DNA of 51,869 nt from Reclinomonas americana ATCC 50394 (Eukaryota). A program made the translations under genes and the position numbers. The notes under the pieces are model-generated. The model searched no databases and had not been told where the DNA came from. It saw only the letters and a list, made by a program, of their open reading frames with translations. The stretch is taken from the NCBI GenBank assembly GCA_048213135.1, contig PS015160.1, positions 134,250 to 186,118 of the forward strand. The letters are read 5' to 3'. Below are positions 36,217 to 47,966 of the stretch, in pieces (positions within the stretch are counted from its first letter, which is position 1; every line of letters starts with the position of its first letter).

Positions 36217-37808
36217 ATGAGCGCAGCGCCTTTGGACTGGCAAGTTGTGTTGCACGAACGGGAGCAGACTGTGCTACAGTTGAAGCGGGTGAGGGAATAC
36301 ACAGGCACACAATTTCTCACTCGCTCACTCACTCACTCTCTCTATCTCTCCCCTCACTCACTCTCACTCACTCACACACACACACACGCTCACTCACTCA
36401 CCCACTCACTTACACTCACTCACTCACTCACTCACTCACTCACTCACTCACTCACTCACTCACTCACTCACTCACTCACTCACTCACACTCACTCACACT
36501 CACAGATCATCCCTCGCGCCGAATCATCGACTGACAACGCAGAAGAAGAAGAAGAAGAAGAAGAAGACGAGCAAGAGCGGGAAGAGACATGCGAGCTGGT
36601 GATCATTGGCACCGCACACGTGTCGGCGACCAGTGTGGAGATGGTACAGCGTCGCATTCGTGAGTTGCAGCCGGACGCGGTGGCACTGGAGCTCGACGCG
36701 CAACGAGTGCAGGCTCTGGCCAGCATTGGCAAGAAGCCAGAGAAGAAGGAAGAGGGGGAGGAGACCAAGGAGGGCGGGGATGGTGAGGAGAAAGCAGAAG
36801 AAGAGGAGGAGAAGGAGGAGGCGATGTCGGCGGTTGCTGTTATGCAGCGGGATCCGACAGTGGGCAACTTGCTGCGCGCGATTTTGGAGACGAGGCGGAG
36901 GAGTGGTGCTGCTGGTGGTGGCAAGAAGGGCTCGTCGACGCCGTCGATGCTCATGCTGGTGCTGGCGTTTGTGATGCGGAGAGTCACGAGTGACTTGGAT
37001 GTCGCCATGGTGAGCGCGTGCGTTTGTGTCTCTGTGCGCTGTCTCCTCTCGCTGATGAGTGTCTGGCGTGGCGTGCAGGGCGACGAGCTCAAGGCGGCTC
37101 ACGAGGTGGCGGTCGAGTTGGGCATTCCTGTGCATCTGGTGGACCGGCCTGTCAGTTGCGCTCTTCTCGCGTGGTAGTGAAAGGAAGGAGCGCTGACTGT
37201 GCGGCAGGCGTCACCATCTCGCGCGTGTGGAGCACACTGTCGACATGGGACATGCTTCGTGTGTTGTGGCACTTGACGCCGGCCCTCTTCTCGAAAGTCA
37301 CCGCCGAGGAGATTGAGAGACTGAAGCACGGCGTGACGGCCGAACTGGAAGAGTTTTGCCGTCAGTTCCCGGTCGTGCATCGCGTGTTGCTCGACGAGCG
37401 CGACTGCTACATGGCGTTCCTGTTGCATCGCATGTTCCAGCACAAGTTGCACCATCACGCCACGTGTGCTTCCCCATGACTCCAATTCACGTGCGTTGCG
37501 CAGGGTTAAAGAAAACGCCGCGCCGCCGCCGCGACGTGCCGTAGCCGTCCTTGGTCTCGGGCACATGGCGGGCGTGGTGGAGTGGGTGCGTGCTGTGTGT
37601 CTTACTCCTGCCCCAATGGCCGCTGACCGTCGCTCGCGTGCAGCTGTCGGGCAAGCGAGGCAAGATGCACCGACAGCAGCTGCTCGAGTTGTGCGGTCCC
37701 GTCAAGAAGCCGGCGTTTGGTTGGATCCGCTTCACGTGCCGAATGCTCGTCTTGCTGCTCGTGCTGCGCCTGCTCTTCTGGATGCTGTCGTGGACAGGTG
37801 TCTTTTGA
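36217..37808 (+). CDS. TRABD: TraB-domain protein (TRABD / pheromone shutdown family) with a C-terminal hydrophobic anchor
   Basis: [53 protein letters not shown]-terminal [13 protein letters not shown]. Confidence 0.85.
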
Positions 37809-37907
37809 CAGGCGAAGATATTTTTAATGCAAACAATTCAGCAATTGTGTCGTCACTCGAGGCGTCTCCGGGCTGCTGCTGCTGGTCATTGCGGGCGGTC
37901 AACCCAT

Positions 37908-38637
37908 TCAGTAGCAACCGACTGCGCTCGTCTTCTTGTGTGCGTCGGTCGAGCGCCAAGCCGAACCTGCGCGGTCGATCGACGACCGGCATCAGCGAAA
38001 GAAACACAAACAACAAAGCACAGTCACGAATCCCCCTCGCAGTCGGCAGCAGAGGCATTCAGGGCACACGCAGAGGACGAAGAAACAGGAAGAGGAGGAG
38101 CAGGAGAAGAGAGCAGCGGAGGGCACATGATCTGCGTACGTTCGCGTTTGACGGCCAGCAACAGTCCGAGCGACGGGTAGCCGAGCAGCAGCGTCTGCGA
38201 GCACCACAGCAGCGTGTGTCGCGTGGAGAGCTGAATGAGCGCGCAGATAAAGCCAGCAATGACACCTACGCAGGCAGACAGGCAAGCATGAGAAAGAAGT
38301 TACATCATCGCCGCTTGTGCGCCTTTTTTGCTTCACCTTCGATGAGGTGCATCGCCAGTGCAAAGGCGCCAATCACATGCAACACTGTCTGATCAAACAG
38401 CCAGGAGAGTGGCACAGGAAGGAAGTGCTCAATGGCCGAGCGGCGTGGTGAGTCGAACTCCAGCCACCATGTGATGCCGAGACCAATGGGAATGATGATG
38501 AACCTTTGTTGAGTGAGAGAGTGTGTGAGTGAGTGTGTGAGTGAGTGCAGGTAACACGCACAGGCAGCAGGGGGCATGTACCAGAAGAGTGCCGGTCTGC
38601 GGAAGGGCTTGCGAGCCTCGATGTCTGCGCGCTCCAT
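37908..38637 (-). CDS. TMEM254-like (DUF4499) small membrane protein
   Basis: Spliced: FRRPALFW|FIIIPIGLGITWW...AFALAMHLIEG|VIAGFICAL...LLWCSQTLLLGYPSLGLL. This fits the H..E and W..QT..G..SL pattern. Confidence 0.65.
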
Positions 38638-39221
38638 GTCGATGAAAGGTGACAAACATCGTCCTCCGTCTTTCCTCCTCTCGCGACGTTGGGCGCGCAG
38701 CTATCCAGCATGCCTCAAGCAAGGCTTAATGATGCACTTCCTTGTCGACTTCTCGAGCAGCTCGATCGCGATAAGCTGGCCACTTCATGTACTGTGCTGT
38801 AGCAAAGCAGTCAGCCTCCTCAACCGCAGTGGCTCCATGCACTCCCTGGTCGACTACTTGAGCAGCTTCCGACGAACCCGGCCCTTGTTCATACAGCCCT
38901 CCTTGCACTCGAGCTCTGGGCCTGCGTTCATGTCTCTTCTGCTTCGGATTCTGCTGCTGCAGCTGGCGCCAGTTCCAAAGCAGTGAGGTATTCAACAGCG
39001 GCTTCATACATACCGTGGTCGACTTCCTGCTCATGTTCCGATGTACTCGTCGCAAGACAGCTCTCCTTGCAACTGCCAACTCTGTATCACTAACCACTTG
39101 TTCTGCTGGTGGCCGGGTACTTGGCCAACGACAACATGCTGCGCAGTACGCTTCCTGCTGAGAACGAACTCGGCCTCTTGTGCAACGCCATGCAGCTCTC
39201 CTTGCCAACTCTGTACAACGT

Positions 39222-39533
39222 TCATTGTCCGCCTTCTGCTGCTGCTGCTGGCGCCGGTTCGGGTGCGGCCTTGACCAGCGGCAACGCATACGGCTGCGTC
39301 TTGATCTCGACCCGCGTGAGCTGGCCAGCAAACTGCGGAGTGGAGGTGACTGGCGGAGGCGAACAGTAAGCCGGCAGCTCCGACATAGAGGCAACGGAGC
39401 ACAGTGCCACCTACCGCGATCGTCATACACCTCGTACTCATCATCCTGCAACAACACCGTCGTCTCATCCTGCACCGCGGGCACCCATCGTCACTCGATG
39501 CACATCTTTTCTCTCACACACTCACAGGTCGTG
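39222..39533 (-). CDS. 3' exons of an unidentified gene whose 5' part is hidden in the gap
   Basis: GT-AG-joined exons DETTVLLQDDEYEVYDDR|VTSTPQFAGQLTRVEIKTQPYALPLVKAAPEPAPAAAAEGGQ*. This is not SHMT sequence. Confidence 0.45.
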
Positions 39534-39585
39534 NNNNNNNNNNNNNNNNNNNNAAAGATGACGCCGAGAGAGATATAACCGCAAC

Positions 39586-40266
39586 TCCCGTGGCCACCAG
39601 ACCCGCAATGTGCGCCATGTCCATCATCAGGTACGCACCAACGCTGTCGGCAATCTCGCGGTACTTGGCGTACTCCCACTCGCGCGGGTACGCACTGCCG
39701 CCGGCAATCAGCATCTTCGGGCAGTATCGCTCCGCCATCTCCGCCAGCGACTCGTAGTCCAAGTAGCCCGTGCTCGGGTCGGTGCGGTAGGGGAACGACT
39801 CAAAGTAGACCGACACGGCCGAGATCTTGCGCTTGCTGGTGTAGTAACCGTGCGTCAAGTGGCCGCCGCACGGCAAGTCCAAGCCCATGATGCGATCATG
39901 CGGGCGGAGGAGGGCCGTGTAGACGGCAAAGTTGGCGGGCGAGCCCGAGTACGGCTGAGCGAGGGAACGGGAGTGAGCAAAAGGGTGCATGCACAAAAGT
40001 CACTCGACGCACCTGCACATTGACACCCCACTCGTTCGGGTCCAACCCGAACGCCGCCAGAGCGCGCTCTCGGCACAGGTTCTCCACCTGATCCACGTAC
40101 TCGTTTCCACCATAGTACCGCGCTCCCGGCAGTCCCTCCGCGTACTTGTTGGTCAGCGCAGAGCCGAGGCACTCGAGCACCGCTCGTGATGTGAAGTTCT
40201 GAAGAAGGGGGGAAGAGAGGGAGGAGAATGAGAGCGGAAGTGGAAGAAGGGTTGTGACAGTGCGCT

Positions 40267-40331
<65 letters not shown>

Positions 40332-40729
40332 GATGAAGAATGATGATGATGATGATGATGATGAAGAATGGAATGCATGTCGGTTATGTGAGAGAATGTG
40401 CACATACACGCACATGTGTGTGTGCCTCTCATGAGCGTGACGACAGAGCATGCAGTGTGCGTGTGTGTGTGCGAAGAGAGAGATGCACATGTTCTCTTGT
40501 GCACAAAACACACACACACAAACACCCACCTCTGAGGCAATGAGCTCCAGACCGCGCCACTGTCGTTGCTTCTCATGCTCAATGAGGTCAGCGAGGACGG
40601 GGTCGACTTCGGCGAGAGAAGAGTTGCCTGCTCCAGTTGGATCCTGTCACTCGCACGACAGTCAGTGAGTGATTGAGTGAGTGTGTGAGTGTGTGAGTGT
40701 TGGGGTGTGCGGGTGAGAGGGCAAACCAT
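39586..40729 (-). CDS. SHMT: Serine hydroxymethyltransferase (cytosolic type), 3' half lost in the gap
   Basis: [60 protein letters not shown] and [10 protein letters not shown]. Confidence 0.97.
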
Positions 40730-41072
40730 TGTGTGAGTGCTCAAAGCGCGAACGAGAGGAATGAGAAGGCGGGAAGCGGTGGACGAGTTGAACCAATTTG
40801 CCAATTCATGACAACACGTCGTCTTTTTCTTTCGCCCCTTTTTCCTCTCATGGCGATCTGCGTCAAAGTATATCGCAATCAGTGTGTCGCCGACCGCGGC
40901 TAGCGGGGCTTGTTCAGCAACTTCAGGGGCTACCAACGGCATGCATGGATCCGAAGTATCGTAGCAGTCTCATGATTGGAAGCCTCAGTGCGAAATCATC
41001 GTCGTGATGAACAACGTTCACAAGTCATTTCTACCAAGTGCTGGTGGCGTCGGTGGAGCTCGCTCGTACTCA

Positions 41073-43159
41073 TCACTTGATGCCAAAGCGGTGCGCCACG
41101 ATCACGTCGTACATTTCCTTGTTAGGAATCACAAGGCCTGCATGAAGGATATTCAGAGGCACAATCAAACCGTCTCTCATCCTCTCTGCACGCAACTCTT
41201 GCCGTCCTCGCTGACGGTGAAACCACCAAGGTACTGGAAGAAGGTGGCCATGTCGCCAAAGTCGCCACCAAGAACGTCCTCGCTCGTCATCCGTGCATTC
41301 GCTTTCGCCGGCACCGGCGAGAGCAGATGCTGGCTCATGGCCGCCAACACGTTCTCGTTGAAACGGGTCATCATGTGCAGGTCTCGCTTGGTAAGAGGAG
41401 CTTGCAGGCCCACTGTCATTCGCAAGTGTACAGCAATATCCGGTCGGTCTGCCGTCGTGCACGCATGCTGCAAAAAATAAATGAACGGATCGTCAGAAGA
41501 CAGCTGCGGGAGCTGCTGGAACACAATGTCGACACACACCGACAAGTACGCTGCAACCTCGCCGCTGCAGTACACCGGGACAGCAGCTGTCGATGACCCC
41601 ACGCCGAAGCGAAACCCAAAGCTCCTCGCCAAAAACTTCTTGTGCGTCTCCACCTCATCGTCCCTGAAGTTTCTTGACGGCTTTGAAAAGATGGCGTTGC
41701 CGTACATGCGAATGTTGTGCATAGTGTATGCGTTGATGTGCGACAACACGAGATCGAGCTCCTCCGTCGTCACCCCGCACATGGTCTGCATCTGCTCGTC
41801 GTTCGTCCAGTCTTGCCACAGGCTGTGGGCGAAATGGTCGCCCAAGTCGTTGACCAACAGCGGAGTCCTCCTGCATGCGCATACCCAATGAATGCGCGGA
41901 CGGCAGGCGACATCGACACACGAGTGCAAGTAGGCAGGAGCGCACCCGGTGAACATCATAAAGCTGACTGCGCCCTCCTGGTAGGCCTTCTGAATCGCGG
42001 CGAAGAAATCGACAACTCCGGACTCGCGCAGCATCTTCGACGCACGTTCCGCAACACCATCGACGCGGCAAGCATGCGACTCGATCGTGGCCTCCCAGAT
42101 CTCCCGCTCCACGCGTCTTGTGCACAAGTCATCCAAGCCGTCGATTAGCACGACCAACTGCACATGCATGTGAACCAAATGATGACTGATGTGCACATGC
42201 GCATCATCAGCCTTACAAAACCTTGCGGTCTACGCGCTTCACGGCGGCGACAATTTCCGCAAACAACGTGAGTGCATCGACATCTTCCTCGGGACACCGC
42301 AGTTGAAGCTCTGGGTAGGTCAAGCAAAAGTCGGAGAGGCCGCCGCAAATGGTCGCCGACGCACCCGCCGTCACGTTTTCGTACAGCGGCTCCGCAAAGT
42401 TGACGTGGGGCTTGTCACGGTCGGGAATGCCGATACGCAACACGTAGTGTTGGCACGGAAGGTTGTTGGGGTGCACGTGAGACATGAAGTCCAGGATTTG
42501 GAGATTCTGAGAGAGCAGTCGAATGAACACATGATACGCAGCAACGCACGCACAACGCACACATGCAGCTCACCGCAAACAAATTCTCGAACGTGCTCGA
42601 TTTCTCTGACGTCTGACGCATCGACGGCGCAAGCAAGCGTTCATGCAGCGCCGACACGGCACTGTTCAACACTTCGTGCGGTTTCGAATCCGTGCATTCC
42701 AGGCGCTTGCGATCGTCGTTGGTGAGAGCACCACGAATGTTGTGGTACGTGGCCAGCGTTTCGACAAGCATGCTCTTGCCAAACCCGCGTGGACGCCAGA
42801 ACAGAACAGGCGCCACGCGCTCTGGCTGGAGCCACGGCAAGAGCAGCGCGGATTTGTCCACGTAGAAGTACCAGTCGCGACTCATGCGGATGCTCTTGAA
42901 GGAGAGTGGACACCAGGCGACCAAGAAGCCTGATGAAAAGCACAGTGGGCGGTTGGCCTGTCTCTCTCACTCGTGCCTCTGCACATCAACAATCGAGCAC
43001 TAACCTCCTTCGACCGATGCACGAGTCGACAAGGCTGCGAGTGCGGGGAGCAAAGAGTGTGAAACGACGACAATGATGGGGAGCGAGTGGGGCGCGCGAC
43101 TCACACTGACCTCGGCCCACTGCAGTGCGCGTCGCCATCGTGGTGCACGCGCGCAACAT
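41073..43159 (-). CDS. AAA-ATPase-like protein (PF09820-type, bacterial-like), intron-containing
   Basis: F..IR...YVDKS, RPRGFGKSML, FENLF, LVVLIDGLD, FMMFTG, MCGVT.EEL, YLGGFT and LVIPNKE. These follow the AAA-ATPase_like motif order. Confidence 0.75.
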
Positions 43160-43543
43160 TTTGCGTTTGAGAAAGTTTTTACACAAGAAACGTCCGACGG
43201 TGTCCTTCGCTCTCACGACTCACAACCGTCGTCCTTTTCCCGACTCAAGATCACAGTCCGCACAGATCTCTCAGCCAGTAACCGATGCACAATGCCTTCT
43301 CCGAGTGAAGGCAACAGAACGCACTCGTCCACACAGCATTGATTTCTCTCCTCTGATCGTCGACGTCTTCACCACTCGCCAGTGATCGCACGCGAAGTGT
43401 CTCGTCGTCTGTGCTAATCATCAGGAGTAACTGGCCCGTGCAGCACCCACGTCCTCCTCTCAATCAATCCCAGCAGTCTCAACATCCATCACAGTTGTCG
43501 TCCGTCTCACACACATGCATCAGCTCTCGTCTCCAGTCCGTGA

Positions 43544-43616
<73 letters not shown>

Positions 43617-43697
43617 GCAGCGACAAAGGCGCCAGACAATCGCTCGCGCTGCGATCATTTGCGCGCGAAGCTTCATTAATTAACTGCCGCACCCGCA

Positions 43698-46600
43698 ATG
43701 TCAGTGGGCCAGGTGTACGACACCGAGTTCGTGGACGAGAATGGGTGCGTCTCTTCTCTCCCACCCCTCTCCCCGCCCTCTCCCTCCCCGCCTTCTCATC
43801 CTCTGTCGCGCCTGTAGCATCACTCGCATCGGTCAGCTCACCGAGATCTGGAACGCGGACGGTACCAGCGAGGAGCACATCAAAGACAAGGCCGACGGGT
43901 TGCTCCTCTGCGTTCGCCTGTACGACGCCAAGGGCAATCATCGTTGCGCATCGATCGCCAAATAGTCAAACGATCACAGATGATGAGATCGCTCACCCCT
44001 TCATCTTCACACACGCAGACTCGACGCGCTTCTCTCACACTGCCGCGCGTGCTGTCGCTCCCGGCACCTCAGCAGTCACCGCACAAGCCGGCTCGTTGGC
44101 TCGATCGCGCATGCCACCTGTGCCGCGATCGTCGTCGCGATCGCTGGCGCGATCGTCCGTGTCCAACTCACCACTCGCGCCTCGCACGTCTTCCTCGTCG
44201 TCGTCGACAGCAACGGCCGCGCGACGCTTGCTGAGTCGCGAGCGATCGCGGTCGCCGTCGTCTGAGGGCGAGCGTGCGCCAGAGTCGAAGCTGGGCAGTG
44301 AGATGCGTCGGTTGACTCGCGGCAAGCGGGTGCCGCAATCGACGCCACCACCGACGCCTCCTCCCTCGGCTCAACAACAACCGGCACAGTCTGGCGCAGC
44401 GCAATCATCACGCGATGCGTCGCCGGAGCCGTCCACGAGAATGGCGCGGGAGATGCGGCGAGTGCGGCAGTCGGGGTCCGCGTCGAGCGGTGGCGGCGGT
44501 ATGCCACCACGACCGCAGCGTATGGCGTCGCGCGTGAGCAGCTCGCAGGATGGCGGCGTGGGCGTGTCGTTTGCGGAGGCGGATGGCGAACCGCTGCCGT
44601 CGACGTTGATGGCGTCGGCCGGGGTGCAGCCGCCCGTCACCATGCAAGATTTGCAAGAGTCGCCCGTCTCGGTGCCGGCGGCGCCGTCGTCGGCGGGTTC
44701 GGCGCGTCGCCTATCGATTGGCTCGATGGAGCACGTGGAGGCGCACGAACTCACCGATCCCGACGCCGCCTCCATGCACGGTTCGCAGGGGGGCCTTCGC
44801 GCCGACGATCTCGGCGATGGCGGCCCGTCGTTCACGAATCGCAACGTGCCACTCGGCGTCTCGGCGAATCACCCGTATGCCACCAACTTGACGGTGCGCA
44901 ATCTGCACCAGCTGCAGGCCACGTTCCGTATGTTCGACACGGATTCGTCGGGTCAAATCGATGCCACGGAGCTGTCGGCTGTCTTCCGTGCGTACGGCAT
45001 GGACATGTCCCCGGAGGCGGTGCGGGCGCACATTCAGGACTTTGATCGCAACGGCGACGGGCAGATTGACTTTGATGAGTTTGTGGCGCTCATGAACGAG
45101 ACTCTGCAACTCAATCCAGAGACTCTGGTGAGTTTTTCTTCTCTCTCGCCTTCTCTCACTCTCTCCTCCGTTAATGGTACTCATGGACCGTGCATGCGTG
45201 TGCACCAGGCGCTGCGTCTGGTCCAATTCTTCCACGAGGTCGACACGGATCACAGCGGCTCGCTCAGCGTCAGTGAAATCCTTTACGCAGTGCGCACTCT
45301 CACCGGGCGGCGCGACTGTGTCACCGAACAGGAGGTTGTCGATTTGGTGAAGGCAATGGATGTCGACGGCTCGAACGAGGTCGATCAGACCGAGTTTGTC
45401 GAGTACCTCATGTGCGCCGAGGATCCACTGTCGGCTCGCATTCTCGATGTTGCGCGATTGCGGAAAGGGGGGAGGAAGTGATGCAGTTGCTGATCGAGTG
45501 CTGTTGCGCAGGCGCTTGTGCCGTCGCCAGTGGAGGCCTTGCGTGCCTTCCTCGGCCTTCCGTCCGGTTACCGCGAGTCGACGCTGGCGTCGCTCGAGTC
45601 GCGCTCCATGAACACGCTGGGTGATCTTTTCCGCCCTCGGTTGGACGAGTGTCGCTTGTTTATCGACACTGCCACTGTGGATTGCACCAGCCGGCAAGTT
45701 ACGTCCATCGCTGCTGGTGCCAGAATCTTGCGTTATTTTGTTGTTGACAAGATGTGCAGCTGGTGGAGAATCCCGGAGAGTCGATGCGCTTCTCCATTCT
45801 GATGGCGCGTGGCGTGCCCAAGCCCGACGTCAACACACGAGTACTCTCCCGCCGCGCACGTCTGTGTCTGTACGACGGCGAGCGTTTCCTCGGCAACTGG
45901 TGGACGCTGAATGCGCAATGGAATCCGGATTTGGAGGACGAGTGGTCGTTCAACACCAAGGTTCCTCATTCTGAAGGAAGAGTCCTCGTTCCTCTCTGTC
46001 TCATCGTATCACCAGGCGGACGACAACAACCTGCTGCTGCGCATTCCGTACGGCACCACGACCAATCGCCTGTACTTGGTCATCGAGCTCACCATTGTTG
46101 CTCAACGACTGAAACCGAATCGCGCCAACCAGGCACCGGCGCCGCCGGCAACAGCGGCAGCAGCGGCGGCAGGGGCTCCACTTGACTTGCCCGACACCTC
46201 GACGGCTGCTGGTGAGAGGCGCTGGAGTATGTACGCTCGCCGTGCCACCACTGGTCTCTCACTGTGCGTGAATGTGCGCAGGAGGTCGGGTGACAGAAAT
46301 GTGCTGCGGGTTCAGCATGCTGGATCTGGGCACGCCAGGCGAACCCGTGCAGCCAAAGCAACACACGTTGCGGTTCCTTGGCGGCACCATTGCGAGCCCC
46401 ATGCCCATTCGACAGCACGAGATCCTGGGTGTGTTTTCTTTTCGAACTTTTCCCTCTCTGCGACCCATAGCACTCATCCTGTGCGGTGTGTCAGCGCGGC
46501 GTACTGGATTCCGGCGATTCGGCAAGTGGGTCAAGGGCCTGTTCTCTGACACTGTGGTGCGGCCCGAAATCGATGTTCAGTTGGAGACGCTCTCGCTGGC

Positions 46601-47167
46601 GAGGAGAACAAAGCACCGGTGTGACTTGTCGTCGTTTTTCCTCAACCGTTCAAGGAATTCTGCTCACTGCCTGCTTGCCAGTACACTTCCGAGTGCTATG
46701 ATTGTACCCTACAAGTACCACCGAGCACTGCATGCGTTCCAGGATCTGTGTGCCGAGGTCGTGCTGCGAAGAGTTTTGTTGTATTGGTTTCTGCCGTGGT
46801 CGCGTGAACGCCATGATCTCATCAAGATTGTTTTCTCGCGTCGCAGGCACTCGACGATCCACCGCCTCCCACGCAAGCCAATGCCGTCCTCACATGGTTC
46901 CCGTATCTGCTCAACTGTGCCGACATCCGACAGCATCTCATTACACTGCTCGACGAACGCTACAATTCCACACCGAGATCGCTAAAGGTGCTCTCGCTGT
47001 CGTCCACAGTCACTGCTGGCTGTTGTCGATTGCGCTCACACAACTAATACAGCAAAAGAAACCGTGGCGGATTTCGTGGTTGTCCAAGGGCGTGCACCAG
47101 CTGTATCCGCTGCTGCGTTCCATCAAGCTGCCGAAGCGCGACTTGTCTCAGCCGACAGTGCAGACGG
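43698..47167 (+). CDS. EF-hand-containing nephrocystin-1 (NPHP1)-like protein; 3' end in the gap
   Basis: Four EF-hand loops (DTDSSGQIDATE, DRNGDGQIDFDE, DTDHSGSLSVSE, DVDGSNEVDQTE). Then VLSRRARLCLYDGERFLGN..T..A.W....W.F, EMCCGF, L.FLGGT and LP...I, matching the NPHP1 C-terminal homology domain (human VLSRHVRLCLFDGNKVLSN...ELSCGW...LNGGT). Confidence 0.75.
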
Positions 47168-47966
47168 TGATTTTCGCGTCTCCTCGCCAACCTTTTCTTC
47201 TTCTTCTTCTTCTTCTTCTTCTTCTTCTTCTTCTTCTTCTTCTCTTCTTCTTCTTCTTCTTCTTCTTCTTCTTCTNNNNNNNNNNNNNNNNNNNNNNNNN
47301 NNNNNNNNNNNNNNNNNNNNNNNNNNNNNNNNNNNNNNNNNNNNNNNNNNNNNNNNNNNNNNNNNNNNNNNNNNNNNNNNNNNNNNNNNNNNNNNNNNNN
47401 NNNNNNNNNNNNNNNNNNNNNNNNNNNNNNNNNNNNNNNNNNNNNNNNNNNNNNNNNNNNNNNNNNNNNNNNNNNNNNNNNNNNNNNNNNNNNNNNNNNN
47501 NNNNNNNNNNNNNNNNNNNNNNNNNNNNNNNNNNNNNNNNNNNNNNNNNNNNNNNNNNNNNNNNNNNNNNNNNNNNNNNNNNNNNNNNNNNNNNNNNNNN
47601 NNNNNNNNNNNNNNNNNNNNNNNNNNNNNNNNNNNNNNNNNNNNNNNNNNNNNNNNNNNNNNNNNNNNNNNNNNNNNNNNNNNNNNNNNNNNNNNNNNNN
47701 NNNNNNNNNNNNNNNNNNNNNNNNNNNNNNNNNNNNNNNNNNNNNNNNNNNNNNNNNNNNNNNNNNNNNNNNNNNNNNNNNNNNNNNNNNNNNNNNNNNN
47801 NNNNNNNNNNNNNNNNNNNNNNNNNNNNNNNNNNNNNNNNNNNNNNNNNNNNNNNNNNNNNNNNNNNNNNNNNNNNNNNNNNNNNNNNNNNNNNNNNNNN
47901 NNNNNNNNNNNNNNNNNNNNNNNNNNNNNGCAGTGCAGGGGGTAAAGAAAGGAAACAAAGCACATT

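Noticed and set aside
38726-38990. ORF segment between the TMEM254-like gene and the unknown gene
   Set aside because: No recognisable motif or convincing splice link; it may be UTR.
5341-46779. Non-GT-AG introns or an alternative genetic code
   Set aside because: The junctions I traced resolve with GT-AG, and TAA, TAG and TGA all serve as stops.
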